Assembly (NCBI RefSeq): GCF_006345805.1
Contig: NC_043000.1
Coordinates: 77,314,001 to 77,378,000, forward strand
DNA: 64,000 bases
Direction of reading: 5' to 3'
DNA from: Octopus sinensis
Lineage: Eukaryota
Part shown: piece by piece, positions 38,736-51,834 of the stretch
How the letters are laid out: each line of letters opens with the position of its first letter
How positions within the stretch are numbered: position 1 is the stretch's first letter
Position numbers and translations under genes: made by a program
The notes under the pieces: model-generated
The model's input: the letters and a program-made list of their open reading frames with translations, nothing else
What the model was told of the DNA's origin: nothing
Databases searched by the model: none

Positions 38736-40476
38736 TTATATAAAAGGGCTTAGTAAAATAAATTACTTTGCCGCATACTGAACTCATTAGAAATAGCAGC
38801 TAAAAAACTTTTTTAAGGCTATTTCTAATACTTTGCCCTCAATTGTTGAAATTATAATTAATCTCCCTCTGATTAATACTTCGGATTTTACCGAAATAAG
38901 CATAGTGTTTGATGATTTCAACCCACGCTGGTGGAAAGGGGAGAACAAAGATTCTTCGCTTGCTTATTTTGAATTTGTTGGCACTGTTAGTTGGGAGCAG
39001 ATCTTCGAAAGGGTATGTTCTTATTTTCAGTGTTTCCAAATCCAAACCAAGGAATTTCTGAGCCGATGATAGAAATGTTGTTTTGACTAATCTTGAAACG
39101 TACGTTCTCGAATAACCTTAGCATTTGATTTTTCGATGTCCTTACCCCCAAACTTTTGTGAGTTGAATTAAGCAAACACTATATGAGAGAGATTTTCTTT
39201 AAGTATTAGAAATAGCCTTAAAAAAGTTTTTTAGCTGCTATTTCTAATGAGTTCAGTATGCGGCAAAGTAATTTATTTTACTAAGCCTTTTATATAATGT
39301 AATAATTTGAATTCGCCTTGAATGGTCCCTTTGCATACTGAACACTGGTGAAATTGATTAATAATTAATTAATTTTGCCCTCAATTGTTGAAATTATAAT
39401 TAATCTCCCTCTGATTAATACTTCGGATTTTACCGAAATAAGCATAGTGTTTGATGATTTCAACCCACGCTGGTGGAAAGGGGAGAACAAAGATTCTTCG
39501 CTTGCTTATTTTGAATTTGTTGGCACTGTTAGTTGGGAGCAGATCTTCGAAAGGGTATGTTCTTATTTTCAGTGTTTCCAAATCCAAACAAGGAATTTCT
39601 GAGCCGATGATAGAATGTTGTTTTGACTAATCTTGAAACGTACGTTCTCGAATAACCTTAGCATTTGATTTTTCGATGTCCTTACCCCCAAAATTTTGTG
39701 AGTTGAATTAAGCAAACACTATATATGAGAGAGATTTTCTTTAGTATTAGAAATAGCCTTAAAAAAGTTTTTAGCTGCTATTTCTAATGAGTTCAGTATG
39801 CGGCAAAGTAATTTATTTTACTAAGCCCTTTTATATAATGTAATAATTTGAATTCGCCTTGAATGGTCCCTTTGCATACTGAACACTTGGTGAATTGATT
39901 AATAATTAATTAATTTTGCCCTCAATTGTTGAAATTATAATTAATCTCCCTCTGATTAATACTTCGGATTTTACCGAAATAAGCATAGTGTTTGATGATT
40001 TCAACCCACGCTGGTGGAAAGGGGAGAACAAAGATTCTTCGCTTGCTTATTTTGAATTTGTTGGCATGTTAGTTGGGAGCAGATCTTCGAAAGGGTATGT
40101 TCTTATTTTCAGTGTTTCCAAATCCAAACAAGGAATTTCTGAGCCGATGATAGAAATGTTGTTTTGACTAATCTTGAAACGTACGTTCTCGAATAACCTT
40201 AGCATTTGATTTTTCGATGTCCTTACCCCCAAACTTTTGTGAGTTGAATTAAGCAAACACTATATATGAGAGAGATTTTTAAGTATTAGAAATAGCCTTA
40301 AAAAAGTTTTTTAGCTGCTATTTCTAATGAGTTCAGTATGCGGCAAAGTAATTTATTTTACTAAGCCCTTTTATATAATGTAATAATTTGAATTCGCCTT
40401 GAATGGTCCCTTGCATACTGAACACTTGGTGAAATGATTAATAATTAATTAATTTTGCCCTCAATTGTTGAAATTA
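38736..40476. repeat. Three tandem units of about 541 bp plus a short partial unit, headed by a 97-bp inverted segment, embedded in (TA)n
   Basis: Units start at 38833, 39375, 39916 and about 40455. Segment 38736-38832 mirrors 39201-39297. Confidence 0.92.
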
Positions 40477-40889
40477 TATATTATAATATATATATACGTA
40501 TGTATATATATATATATATAATATATATATATATATACGTATGTATATATATATATATATATGATGTATATAAGGAGAGATAGTTACTGTACACACACAC
40601 ACATATGCATACATGAGTGTACATATATTATATGCGGTGTGTGTGAGTAACGCATGTTTACGCGTGCATTTTTGTGTGTGTATATATGTATGTGTAAACA
40701 CTCACATGCATATTGAATGTAAACAGAATGTAAAATGTGTGTTATTGGGTAACGACTATCTCTTCATGAGAAAATTACCATTTCATCATTGTTATAAAAC
40801 AGCGATTTCCTATTCAAGTAAAGATATTTCATTGCGTTTCAGTTTACCACCTTAACATAAACCTCTTACATTCCGTATACTAATGTTCA

Positions 40890-43286
40890 TCTCAATATTA
40901 TAATTCTGAAATGCGAAAAGTTTGTTTGTCTGGTTTTTGGCATTGAGAACGGGTTAAAGGCCACTAGATCCCGTCGGATTGACCCCAAAATTTACAGGGA
41001 CATGTAAAATGAGGTGAGGGAGGGGGCTAGCTTAGAAGTCCCTATCTTAAAAGATGTCGTTGCTAGGGCCAAAAACGCACACTTTGACAAGTCTACTCTC
41101 ATTCTTTTATGTGTCTGTCTTTCTCCAACACTCATTCTCTTTCTTCCCTTCCTTTCACTTTCTATCTATAACGTCGTTTCACAACGTCTACCTCCCTTCC
41201 CTTCACTTTCTCTCTATAACTATTTTTTCCTTACATGAAAGGCGTGACCTATAGGACAAAATTCCTCATGTTATAAAATGTGGCCCGATTAGACCCGAAT
41301 GAAATCGGGTTATATTAACCAAAGTGTGAAAAGGGGTCTAAATGGGGCTGGAAGGGGATTAAAATTTAGAGGAGCGGGTGTTTAGGAATTCTCTGTTACA
41401 TCTAGCTAAAACATTTGCGCCAGCCTTTTAAATCGTCAATGTGTTGCCGTCCATCATGAAGAAGTTTTGAATGCTTGCCATGGTGAGTCTACTGTCGTGA
41501 GAAAGAATCACTTCAAAACTTGATGTTTAGGAATTTTCTTTTACATCAAGTTCAAAATTTTACGCCAGTCGTTAAACTGCCACTACGTTGCTGTCCGTCG
41601 TTAAGAAATGCCAGCCATGGTGACTCTACTATCTTCAGATTCTATCCCTTCAAACTTTGGTTTCCAATAATTTTTAATTTTTATTCAGCTCGCAAGTTCG
41701 TCTGTCCCTTTTAAATGTTAGTGTCTTGCTTTCTGACTTGAAGCAGACCTTTCCGTTGTTACTGCCTGATATTTATGATTGATCTTTCAAACTACTTTCT
41801 TTCTCAAATCACTCAAGATATTTTGTTGTTTATAAATGGGAGATAGATAGATAGAGAAAGATAGAGAGTAAGAGAAAGCGAGGGAGAGTCCGAGAGAAAG
41901 GAAGAGTAAGAGAGTGGGAAAGTGAGAGAGAAAGGAGAGAGAAACAAAGAAGGAGAATGTGGTGATAAAAAACAGAAAGGAAGCAACAGAAAGTAACAAC
42001 CACACTCTTACCCGCGCGTAGAGCGGGCCACCTTTAGCCAATCTCTATATTATAATTCTGAAATGCGAAAAGTTTGTTGAACGGGTTAAAGGCCACTAGA
42101 TCCCGTCAGATTGACTCCAAAATTTACAGGGACATGTAAAATGAGGTGAGGATGCGAGTGGGCTAGATTGGAAGTCCCCATCTTAAAAGGTGAGTTCAAA
42201 TTCCGCCGAGGTCGACTTTGCCTTTCATCCTTTCGGGGTCGGTTAAATAAGTACCAGTTTCCCACTGGGGTAGATGTAATCAATTTAATCCCTTTGTCTG
42301 TCCTTGTTTGTCCCCTCTATGTTTAATCCCTTGTGGGTAGTAAAGAAATCCATATATATATATATATATAATGCGTATATATGTACATATATATTGTTAA
42401 TGCATATATATATATATAATGTGTGCATTATGTGGTCGGTTGAGCTGAAAATATGCACACCTATGTTAAAAGTGCAGGCGAGTTTGCATGACAACTATTT
42501 TTTTCCTCAAATAAAAGCGTGATCTATAGGACAAAATCCCTCATATTATAAAATGTGGCCTGAGTAGACCCGAATGAAATCGGGTTTTATTAACCAAAAT
42601 GTGAAAAGGGGTCTAAATGGGGCTGGAAGGGAATTAAAATTTACAGGAGCGGGTGTTTAGGAATTGTCTGTTACATCAAGCTAAAAATTTGCGCCAGCCT
42701 TTAAATCTTCAATGCGTTGCCGTCCATCATGAAGAAGTTTTGAATGCTTGCCATGGTGAGTCTACTGTCGTGAGAAAGAATCACTTCGAAACTTAGTGTT
42801 TAGGAATTTTCTTTTACATCAAGTTCAAAATTTTACGCCAGTCGTTAAACTGCCGCTACGTTGCTGTCCATCGTTAAGAAATGCCAGCCATGGTGACTCT
42901 ACTATCTTCAGATTTCCAATAATTTTTAATTTTTATTCAGCTCGCAAGTCCGTCTGTCCCTTTTAAATGTTAGTGTTTTGCTGTCTGACTTGAAGCAGAC
43001 CTTTCCGTTGTCACTGCCTGATATTTATGATTGATCTTTGAAAATATTTTCTTTCTCAACTTACTCAAGATCTTTTGTTGTTTATAAATGGGAGAGAGAT
43101 AGATGATAGAGAGTAAGAGAAAGCGAGGGAGAGTCCGAGAGAAATGAAGAGTAAGAGAGTGGGAAAGTGAGAGAGAAAGGGGAGAGAAACAAAGAGGGAG
43201 AATGTGGTGATAAAAAGCAGAAAGGAAGCAACAGAAAGTAACAACCACACTCTTACCCGCGCGTAGAGCGGGTCACCTAAAGCTAG
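40890..43286 (+). mobile_element. Head-to-tail dimer of a non-autonomous Helitron (A 40890-42041, B 42042-43286)
   Basis: Both start TC..tattataattctgaaatgcgaaaagtttg and carry the hairpin cccgcgcgtagagcggg. B ends CTAG-t. A family-B SINE piece sits in B at about 42190-42350. Confidence 0.85.
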
Positions 43287-43574
43287 TCTTATATATAGGT
43301 TTGATTATGAAATCTTTATCGATAATACTAGTATTTCGATACTCATTTTCTTTCGGGATTTCTGATTTTCCTTTTGCCGCCCACTGGACGCAGCAAATTC
43401 GCAGTACCTTTCTCTATTTCAGTGCCAAACTTATCTTCTGTAATCAAATAGGTGTTAAAGATCATTGGAAGAGGCTATGCGCTGTCACACTACATCATTT
43501 CTCTATAAATATTTAGTAATTTAAACTCTCTAGAGATTTAATTATATTAGTAAACCGAAGGTGCAGAGCTAACA

Positions 43575-43720
43575 GAATCGTTACGGCACCTGATTAAATG
43601 CTTAGCGGCATTTCTTCCGATTTTACATTTTAAGACTTTGCCTTTCCTCCTTTCGGAATCGATAAAATAAGAACCAATTGATCACTGGGGTCGATGTAAT
43701 CGATTTCCCCATCCCCTACC
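43575..43720 (+). mobile_element. Family-B SINE, decayed
   Basis: aaatgcttagcggcatttc..gcctttcctcctttcggaatcgataaaataagaacca..cactggggtcgat. Confidence 0.7.
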
Positions 43721-44699
43721 AAAAATAAGAAAAATTTATATTAGTAGGGTCTACTCTCTTTTCTGAAACCACAACTGTCTAGGAGCTTCCGCTGGACATT
43801 TAGACAGCTGCTGTTGTTATTCAGTACTGTTTAAATTATAATAGTTTTATACTAGAGTGGCCTTCTTTTAGAATTACTTGTGACAAGTTAAAATGTTTAA
43901 TCCTCCTTGGGTTGAATTTTGGACATGAAGGTGGTAATTTCACTGTTAAATAGTTAGCTATAAACTAGGACTAGCTCAGTGGTATTTAGAGTTTGTCCAT
44001 TCATCAGTTGTTATGAATTGTGACTGTATCCCTCTTCTGCACAGCACTTGTCTTGATTGTTATCACTGCCAGGGCTTACCTCAATCGCAGAAAAAGAGTG
44101 ACTCGCAAACTTCGAAGCAGGGCTTTCTCATAACCGTAAAAATAGTTTGGCGCTAGTCTTCCCGCATGAACATGGCTGTGTCAAACGATTTTGTAAAGAT
44201 GAAACTAGTCTCATATCTACTTAGAGTTAAGAGTATTCCAGTCCATATTGTATCAATTTCCTCCGCCATCATTTGTAGACGGACATTTAGATATCTTCAT
44301 ATCTCATCTGTACAACTCATGGAGAAAAACAATATGGAATAGAATACTTTAACCAGAATGAATCTTTGTGCTGTGCATTGCAATTAAAGATTGATACTGA
44401 TGGTGGAACGAAAAATCCTTTTTAGTACATATTATTCAGAATATTCAATTTTAGCTGGGTTCAAATTTCCGCATTAATGTTTATATTAAACAATAAATAA
44501 TTAATTCGCCCAAGAAAATGAAAAGTATTACTTGTAGAAATAGAAATATGATATAATACAGCATGGAGATTAATCACAGTAAAAGCCCGACCCAGTTGGA
44601 ATGCAAGGCTTTTGCTTGATGATTAGTGATGGCATCTGGATCCACAACTGAATAACTCTACTGAAGAATAGACATAAAAATTAGCGTCCACGATCAAGT

Positions 44700-44865
44700 A
44701 AAATATCATCCTCCTCCTCCCCTCCTCCTGAAACCTGCTCCTGTTCCTCGTCCTGTTCCTCCCCTTGCTCCTGCTCCACCTCCGCCTCCTGCCCCTGCTC
44801 CCCCTCCCCCTCCTGCTGCTGCCCCTCCTCCTCCTCCTCCTCCTCCTCCTCCTCCTCCCCCTGGT
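44700..44865. repeat. (CCT)-rich low-complexity tract
   Basis: Read directly. It produces the spurious poly-E, poly-G and poly-R ORFs. Confidence 0.9.
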
Positions 44866-44945
44866 GTATGTGTCTGAGCACGCGACATGTGCATGTGTGT
44901 TTGTGTGTGTGTGTGTGTTAGTGTGTTTGTGTGTGCGTGTGCTTG

Positions 44946-44986
<41 letters not shown>

Positions 44987-45649
44987 GAGGTGCGTAGCTG
45001 ATTCTGCATGGTTTTGGAGAAAAAAATTTGGTGTTATTCGGTTACACACATTTAAATTCTTAGTTTACATTCCGCTGCATAGGTTCACTTTAGTTTTACT
45101 CATCCGAGATCTGCAAGTACTGGTCTACACCTATTGACGGGGGTAGATTTAACCACCACTCTACTCGAAACCTTGTCATAACACCGTCGCTAAAAAGAAA
45201 AGAAGGAAACTAGTCCACTTTCTCGAAATGTTACAAAAGACAAATTTTACGAGCTCTTTGGATTCAGGCTTTAATCAGGCTGAATATTTTTTAAGGATTA
45301 GTATTAGAATATATCAAATACTAACTTGGTGTGTGTTGGTACGAGGTGCAGACATATCTGTAAAATAAAAGCGAAAACGATAAATAAATATAGAAATTTT
45401 ACTGCGTAAGCACCGTGTTCCACTCTCCTCTTTATGAGAATAATAAAGTCTTTAGGGAGGTATTTCGTGTTATAATCAATATTTCTAGATAAATACGACA
45501 CAGCTATACGTATATATGTCTAAAGAACGGCAATATATGTATATATATATGTATGTGCAAAATGTAAGCATGTATGCAAATGCATGTATATATATATGTG
45601 TGTGTGTGTGTGTGTATATATATATACACACACACACACATATATATAT

Positions 45650-45682
<33 letters not shown>

Positions 45683-45684
45683 CA

Positions 45685-45758
<74 letters not shown>

Positions 45759-46047
45759 TATATGCACATGTATATACACACACATATATACCACGACACA
45801 ACTGCGCACATTTATACCCACCTCTTTCTGTATGGGTAGGTGTGCATGTGAAAGGCAGAGAGAGAGAGAGAGAGGGAGAGAGAGAGTGAACTGAAGAGTG
45901 AATAATTTACCATTTAAGTCGAGATGTTCAATAAAGTGCGAGTTAATCTATCGAGAGATCTATCGAGAGATTCGATTGTATGTTTAATGATGCTTTTGTG
46001 TTGATATGTCTGCGTATAATGTGCTTATATAATATATGTATATATAT

Positions 46048-46096
<49 letters not shown>

Positions 46097-46174
46097 CATG
46101 GTAAATTCCATTGTTTCGACCACGGTCGAACAATGACGATGATGATGATATATATTTTTATATATTTATACTTA

Positions 46175-47357
46175 TAGGGTGCGGACGGTATTTGAGAACA
46201 GGCTTATGGTTAAAAAAACTCTTATATAATGACAGAAAAAACTGTAGTTTTATAAAAAGAACATAAATATAAAGCTAAATCATCAATTTACTAATTTCAT
46301 TCAATAAAACCATCATAAGCATCAATAACTGCCTCTAAACACGGGTGAAGTGGTCCTTGATATCGGATATTACTCGAACTGCAGCGGCTTTCAAAGAATA
46401 TTTGGTACTATGGGGGTGTTAATTGACATTTTTCTCAACGATGCCCCGTATATAGTAGTCCAGTGGATTGAGATCTGGAGAATTAGGAGGCCAAATGTTG
46501 GGGGTGATGTGATCATGCAAATTATCGGCCATCCATTCTCGTGTCATTTGAGCCTTGAGTGATGAAAGACGTAAAGCGTTTCATTGCATATACTATTGAT
46601 CCAAGACTAAGCAACTTTATCCAGAACCTCAATATGCGCAGCAGCATTCATCCTAAGGCCTTGAGGAAAAAAGTGAGAACACATCACATGTCCCTCATTG
46701 CTAACAACACCCAAAACCATGACACTTGTAGGAAGTTTTGGATGCATTATTCTTGGAACATTAGAAAGGTCTGCACATAGCCATCTGTCATTTCTTCTGT
46801 TAGTTTTCTGGTCATGGTCAAAGTTTTTCTCATCTGAGAAAAACCAAATCCCACCATCTTTTGATGTTCAAAAGTCTTTTGGATCTGATTAAACAGTTTT
46901 CTTTTGCTTTTTTCCAAACCTGAATTGACTTCTCATCGCGTAAGATTTGTATCTTATGTATCCATGCACAACATTTCTGAAAACTTTTTCTGACACCCGA
47001 ATTCTTTTGCTATTGACCTCATTGATTTTCCATGGATTGTCTTCAATGCTTTGCTCAACTTCTTGAATAAATTCAGGTGTCCTGATAGAATCAGAGCGTT
47101 TGTAATGTTTTTTTTTACGTTTTGATGCAGATAATACGCTTCCATCTTTCTTTAACTCACACCGAATCTTGTGGATTTGCAACTTTCAGGAAATGAGAAA
47201 TTTGTAAATCACCATCTTCAAAGCCACAATCACAGAATGCCTTTTCATTACATTAGTAAGTATAAGGTTTGACATTGTTATTTCTGAAATAGAAGTTCAA
47301 TAAAAATTAGTCCAAATAATGGCTAAAAATGCATGTGTCCTCAAATACCGTCCGCCC

Positions 47358-47360
<3 letters not shown>
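46175..47360 (-). mobile_element. Near full-length maT/DD37D-like Tc1/mariner element, decayed
   Basis: TIRs tagggtgcggacggtatttgagaaca (46175-46200) and tgtcctcaaataccgtccgcccctg (47336-47360), TA flanks. Transposase pieces KRSDSIRTPEFIQEV, KSMRSIAKE, LDYYIRGIVE..DGFIE*. Confidence 0.88.
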
Positions 47361-47442
<82 letters not shown>

Positions 47443-47471
47443 CGAGAAAGAAGCAACAAGAATGGATAGGT

Positions 47472-47562
47472 TTTTAGTACGATCGTTTCATACAAGGACA
47501 GGTTTTATTAAAAGTTGCAAAGATTACAGCATATAAACGAGTCCCGTACTCATCAGCTAAAA
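47472..47562 (-). ncRNA. Type-I hammerhead ribozyme (inverted pLTR copy)
   Basis: Reverse complement of 50995-51085, identical by eye. Confidence 0.85.
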
Positions 47563-50500
47563 TACATGTAAGTTCTCTAGACATCCTAGTGTTTGAGGCT
47601 ATACTCATGAAGTAATGTAGATAATTAAACAGATTTCTAAAGTTCATTAAAGTTCTTTAAAGATGATGTACAGTCTTATCACAGAATTTTAAAAAAGTTT
47701 TGATAGCATCACAGAGAAGGTGACCTAATCCATATGAATTTCCATAGATATGATGAGGGATTATATACTCACAGAAGACAAATTTATCCATTGTTAATTA
47801 CAACGAGGTGGGTCTCAATTCCTGCTTATTAGCATTACAGAGAGGGTGAATTAATCCTTTGTATATATGCACAGATTCCAATGGTGTAGATGTAAATTTC
47901 CAGAGAATGGAGATGAATTTCATATTCACAGGCGATAAATTTTACAATGGTTGAACACAATGAGGTAGATCAATCCTTGTTATATGATTAGGTGTTTGCC
48001 ATATTAATCACATTACTGCTATTCACAAGAGGCTGTAGCTATTTAACTCTTAAAGGCTGAAGGGCTTACTAGATCGGCCAAGAATAGAGAAGGGAATAGA
48101 AGAAAAGAGAGAAAATAATGGAGGAGGGAGCAAAAAGGGGGGGGAAAGGGGGACTAAAAGAGAAGAGAAAAGGAAACAGAGAATAAGAAGAAGAAAAAAA
48201 GCAGCAAAAAAGACCAAGCCCGAAATAAAAGTAGAATTAAATTAACGGTAAACGCTAATCTAGAGTACAGGCCCAACAATTCAAATAGAAGCATTGACCA
48301 GAACATAGGTAACTCGGATAAGATTGAAGTAGATAAACCTAAGATGCACACAAATAAAAATAAAAATAATGGTAATAAATACAATAACTCCGTTGAGATG
48401 AATAGTAGTAATTCTACGAACCCTAAATTTTATAAAAAAGATATATTATGGCTGAATATTCCTTTCAACTGTGCGATACAATCGGATATACAGAACAAAT
48501 TCAAAGTGATTCTGGAAAAAAATTTCCCTATCTCTCATAGATATCATAGAATTATTTCTAGGAAAACATTAGGATTTCTTATTCAACCCTCCCAAATATG
48601 TCCACTTTAATAGCTAAAATTAATAATAACAACATTAAACTAGCCAGGAAAGATAGAAATAAAAATAATAATATCAGAATGAATACCAATAGCAATAACA
48701 ATAATACTACCAACAATAAAAACAGCAATAGGAACTATCAAAACATAGGTGAAATTAGTAACCACAGAATGACTAATAACATTAACATTAATAGTAATAA
48801 TAACAATGCCGATATTAATAGAAGTAATATTGTTAATAATAGAAATAATAGAAATAAGGCTAATGGAGAAAATAAGGAGAATGAAAATATCAGTGATATC
48901 TATAACAATAATATACAGTTGGATAAAAAGACTAACAATAATAATAACATTACGAATAATATAAGAAATCTTGGTAGGACTTTACACCTAAATGATGAAA
49001 CGGAAGGATCAATAAATAATAACAATACTTTAGATATCAGCACCAACTATAGAAATGATAATCAAAATAATAGGAACCTTAACATCTACCCAGGAATAAT
49101 CCAAGGCCTGAAGTTGTTCCTCCTGTGTGTAAGTGTAGAATAAAATCAAAATGCCCGGCACCTGGTCTATGCAGGGAAAATAATGTAATCTATAAATGTA
49201 CCATATCCACGGAGAATAACAAATATTTTTACATTGGCTGTACAATTAATTTTTTAGCCAGAGTTAGAAATCACATCTCGACTTTTAAATTACGTCATAA
49301 AGCTGGTACCACCACACTTTCAAACAAAATCTGGGAACTCAAAAATAATAACAAAAATTATACCCTTAATTGGGAAATAGTTAGGAGAGCAATTCCGTAT
49401 AAAAATAGTAGGGTTGGTTGTCAACTATGCTCCATGGAGACGTACGAAATTCTAAAGCATAGTAAACATAGAAACTTATTGAATAACCATATCGAACTAG
49501 GTCAAGTTTGTGTCCACGCTAAATTGAAGACTTTAAAATATTTTAAATGATTGGAATATTCATAACTAGATAGATAGATATAACTTGATTTCTACTAGTA
49601 TAGCACTGCTTTAAGTAGATAACTAAGAGTTCTCACATTACAGTTATCTTTATCTTTTTCCTTATATCTGCATCAGTTTTTTGAGAACAGGGAAATGAAT
49701 AGTACTTATTCGCTACTTAATTGAGGCTTTATTTAATTTCAAACTCACAATTTTTAAATTCTTAATTTTAAATCTTAATTGTAATATTTAATTTTAATTC
49801 CTAACTTAATCTAATTTAAATAGCATAACTCTAATAAATTATAATTAGTTACTGTAGCCCCATAATTCTATTTCATAATTAAATAAATAAGGCTATTCCC
49901 TCGGTGATAATATGATTATCTTCATTATGATAGACAATCCCCTAACACCTTGTAAATGATCTTATAAGATTTGACCTGTAGTCAGTCAATGTATGAATAA
50001 TAACGACAACTCCTTAAGACAATAAAATGAATAAATTAAATAAGTAAATTTTTAATGACTTTTTGATAAGATTATACTTAGATTTTCCTAATGTATTTTC
50101 TGGTGATTTTAGCATCTGACCCCTTAACCCCTGACTGTGTTATCTCTTTAGATTCTCTTTAAACTCATAGCTGATTTCAACAGCAATAAATTAACGGTTT
50201 ACTGGTCAAAGAATAATATTCCCCTCTAGTTCCTAGATGCCTGTTGATTAAAACCAGACTTACAGTCTACTAGCTCTTCTGTATAACTAGAACCCTCTTT
50301 TTTTCTTTTTCTTTTTTCCCTTCTTTCCCTATTTCTTTCTCTTTTCTCTTTCTTCTTTTTCTTCTTCTTATTCTCTGTTTCCTTTCTCTCTCTCTTTTAG
50401 TCCCCCTTTCCCCCCCCTTTTTGCTCCCTCCTCCATTATTTTCTCTCTTTTCTTCTATTCCCTTCTCTATTCTTGGCCGATCTAGTAAGCCCTTCAGCCT

Positions 50501-50994
50501 TTAAGAGTTAAATAGCTACAGCCTCTTGTGAATAGCAGTAATGTGATTAATATGGCAAACACCTAATCATATAACAAGTTTTGATACCTACCTCATTGTG
50601 TTCAACCATTGTAAAATTTATCGCCTGTGAATATGAAATTCATCTCCATTTCTCTGGAAATTTACATCTACACCATTGGAATCTGTGCATATATACAAAG
50701 GATTAATTCACCCTCTCTGTAATGCTAATAAGCAGGAATTGAGACCCACCTCGTTGTAATTAACAATGGATAAATTTGTCTTCTGTGAGTATATAATCCC
50801 TCATCATATCTATGGAAATTCATATGGATTAGGTCACCTTCTCTGTGATGCTATCAAAACTTTTTTAAAATTCTGTGATAAGACTGTACATCATCTTTAA
50901 AGAACTTTAATGAACTTTAGAAATCTGTTTAATTATCTACATTACTTCATGAGTATAGCCTCAAACACTAGGATGTCTAGAGAACTTACATGTA

Positions 50995-51085
50995 TTTTAG
51001 CTGATGAGTACGGGACTCGTTTATATGCTGTAATCTTTGCAACTTTTAATAAAACCTGTCCTTGTATGAAACGATCGTACTAAAA
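50995..51085 (+). ncRNA. Type-I hammerhead ribozyme in PLE pLTR
   Basis: ttttag-CTGATGA-gtacgggac..gtccttgtat-GAA-acgatcgt-A-ctaaaa. Six-bp stem I, extended stem II, palindromic stem III, GUA triplet (predicted cleavage after 51079). Confidence 0.88.
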
Positions 51086-51234
51086 ACCTATCCATTCTTG
51101 TTGCTTCTTTCTCGCTTATAATCACCCCACATTACTGTATTGTTAAATCAGTATAGTTTTTTTTTGGTGCATCTAAGTTAGGTACCATATTCAAGTAAAT
51201 TTTTTTAATTAACTTGAATCTTTATTGCTCTTTT

Positions 51235-51266
<32 letters not shown>

Positions 51267-51368
51267 GATATATATATATATAACATACATACATAATACA
51301 TACATACATACTATATATATATATATATATATATAATATATTATATTATATATATATATATATATACA

Positions 51369-51404
<36 letters not shown>

Positions 51405-51469
51405 TATATATTAATATATATATAATATATAATATATATATACATACATACATACATACATACATACAT

Positions 51470-51538
<69 letters not shown>

Positions 51539-51834
51539 AGAAAAAAGGTTTGAAAATGCAATTTAAACGATGTTTATTACTTTTCGTGCTAAGAAAAGTA
51601 AATAAACATCGTTTAAATTGCATTTTCAAACCTTTTTTCTTATATAATCCCACTCGTGCGATACCCCACAACTCAACTTTTATATATATATATATATATA
51701 TTATTATATATATATATATATATAATAATATATATGTATATATATACATTCACACACATACTCACTCACACACGCACACACACACACACACAACACCACA
51801 CCACACACCATATATATATATATCTTGTATATAT

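Larger units (their letters stand above)
47443..51114 (+). mobile_element. 5'-truncated PLE with inverted pLTR of about 760 bp (47443-48200 / 50357-51114), partial ORF ending in GIY-YIG
   Basis: ILWLNIPF..KNFP..SYSTLPN linker; CKCRIKSKCPAPGLC..VIYKC..YIGCT..CQLC..VCVH (ORF 49125-49550). Arms are near-identical. Inserted at (TA)n. Confidence 0.92.

Noticed and set aside
39240-39355. Possible hammerhead or SECIS in the tandem unit (ctaATGAgttcagtatgc..gcatactgaac)
   Set aside because: No GAAA directly after the stem and G5 is missing (not an HHR). No GA on the 3' side of the quartet, and the loop is too long (not a SECIS).
38833-40476. CRISPR-like or host gene tandem array
   Set aside because: The units are about 541 bp and near-identical throughout, with no unique spacers, in a eukaryotic context.
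44623-45009. Poly-Glu, poly-Gly and poly-Arg ORFs
   Set aside because: Product of a (CCT)-rich low-complexity tract; no domain or splice evidence.
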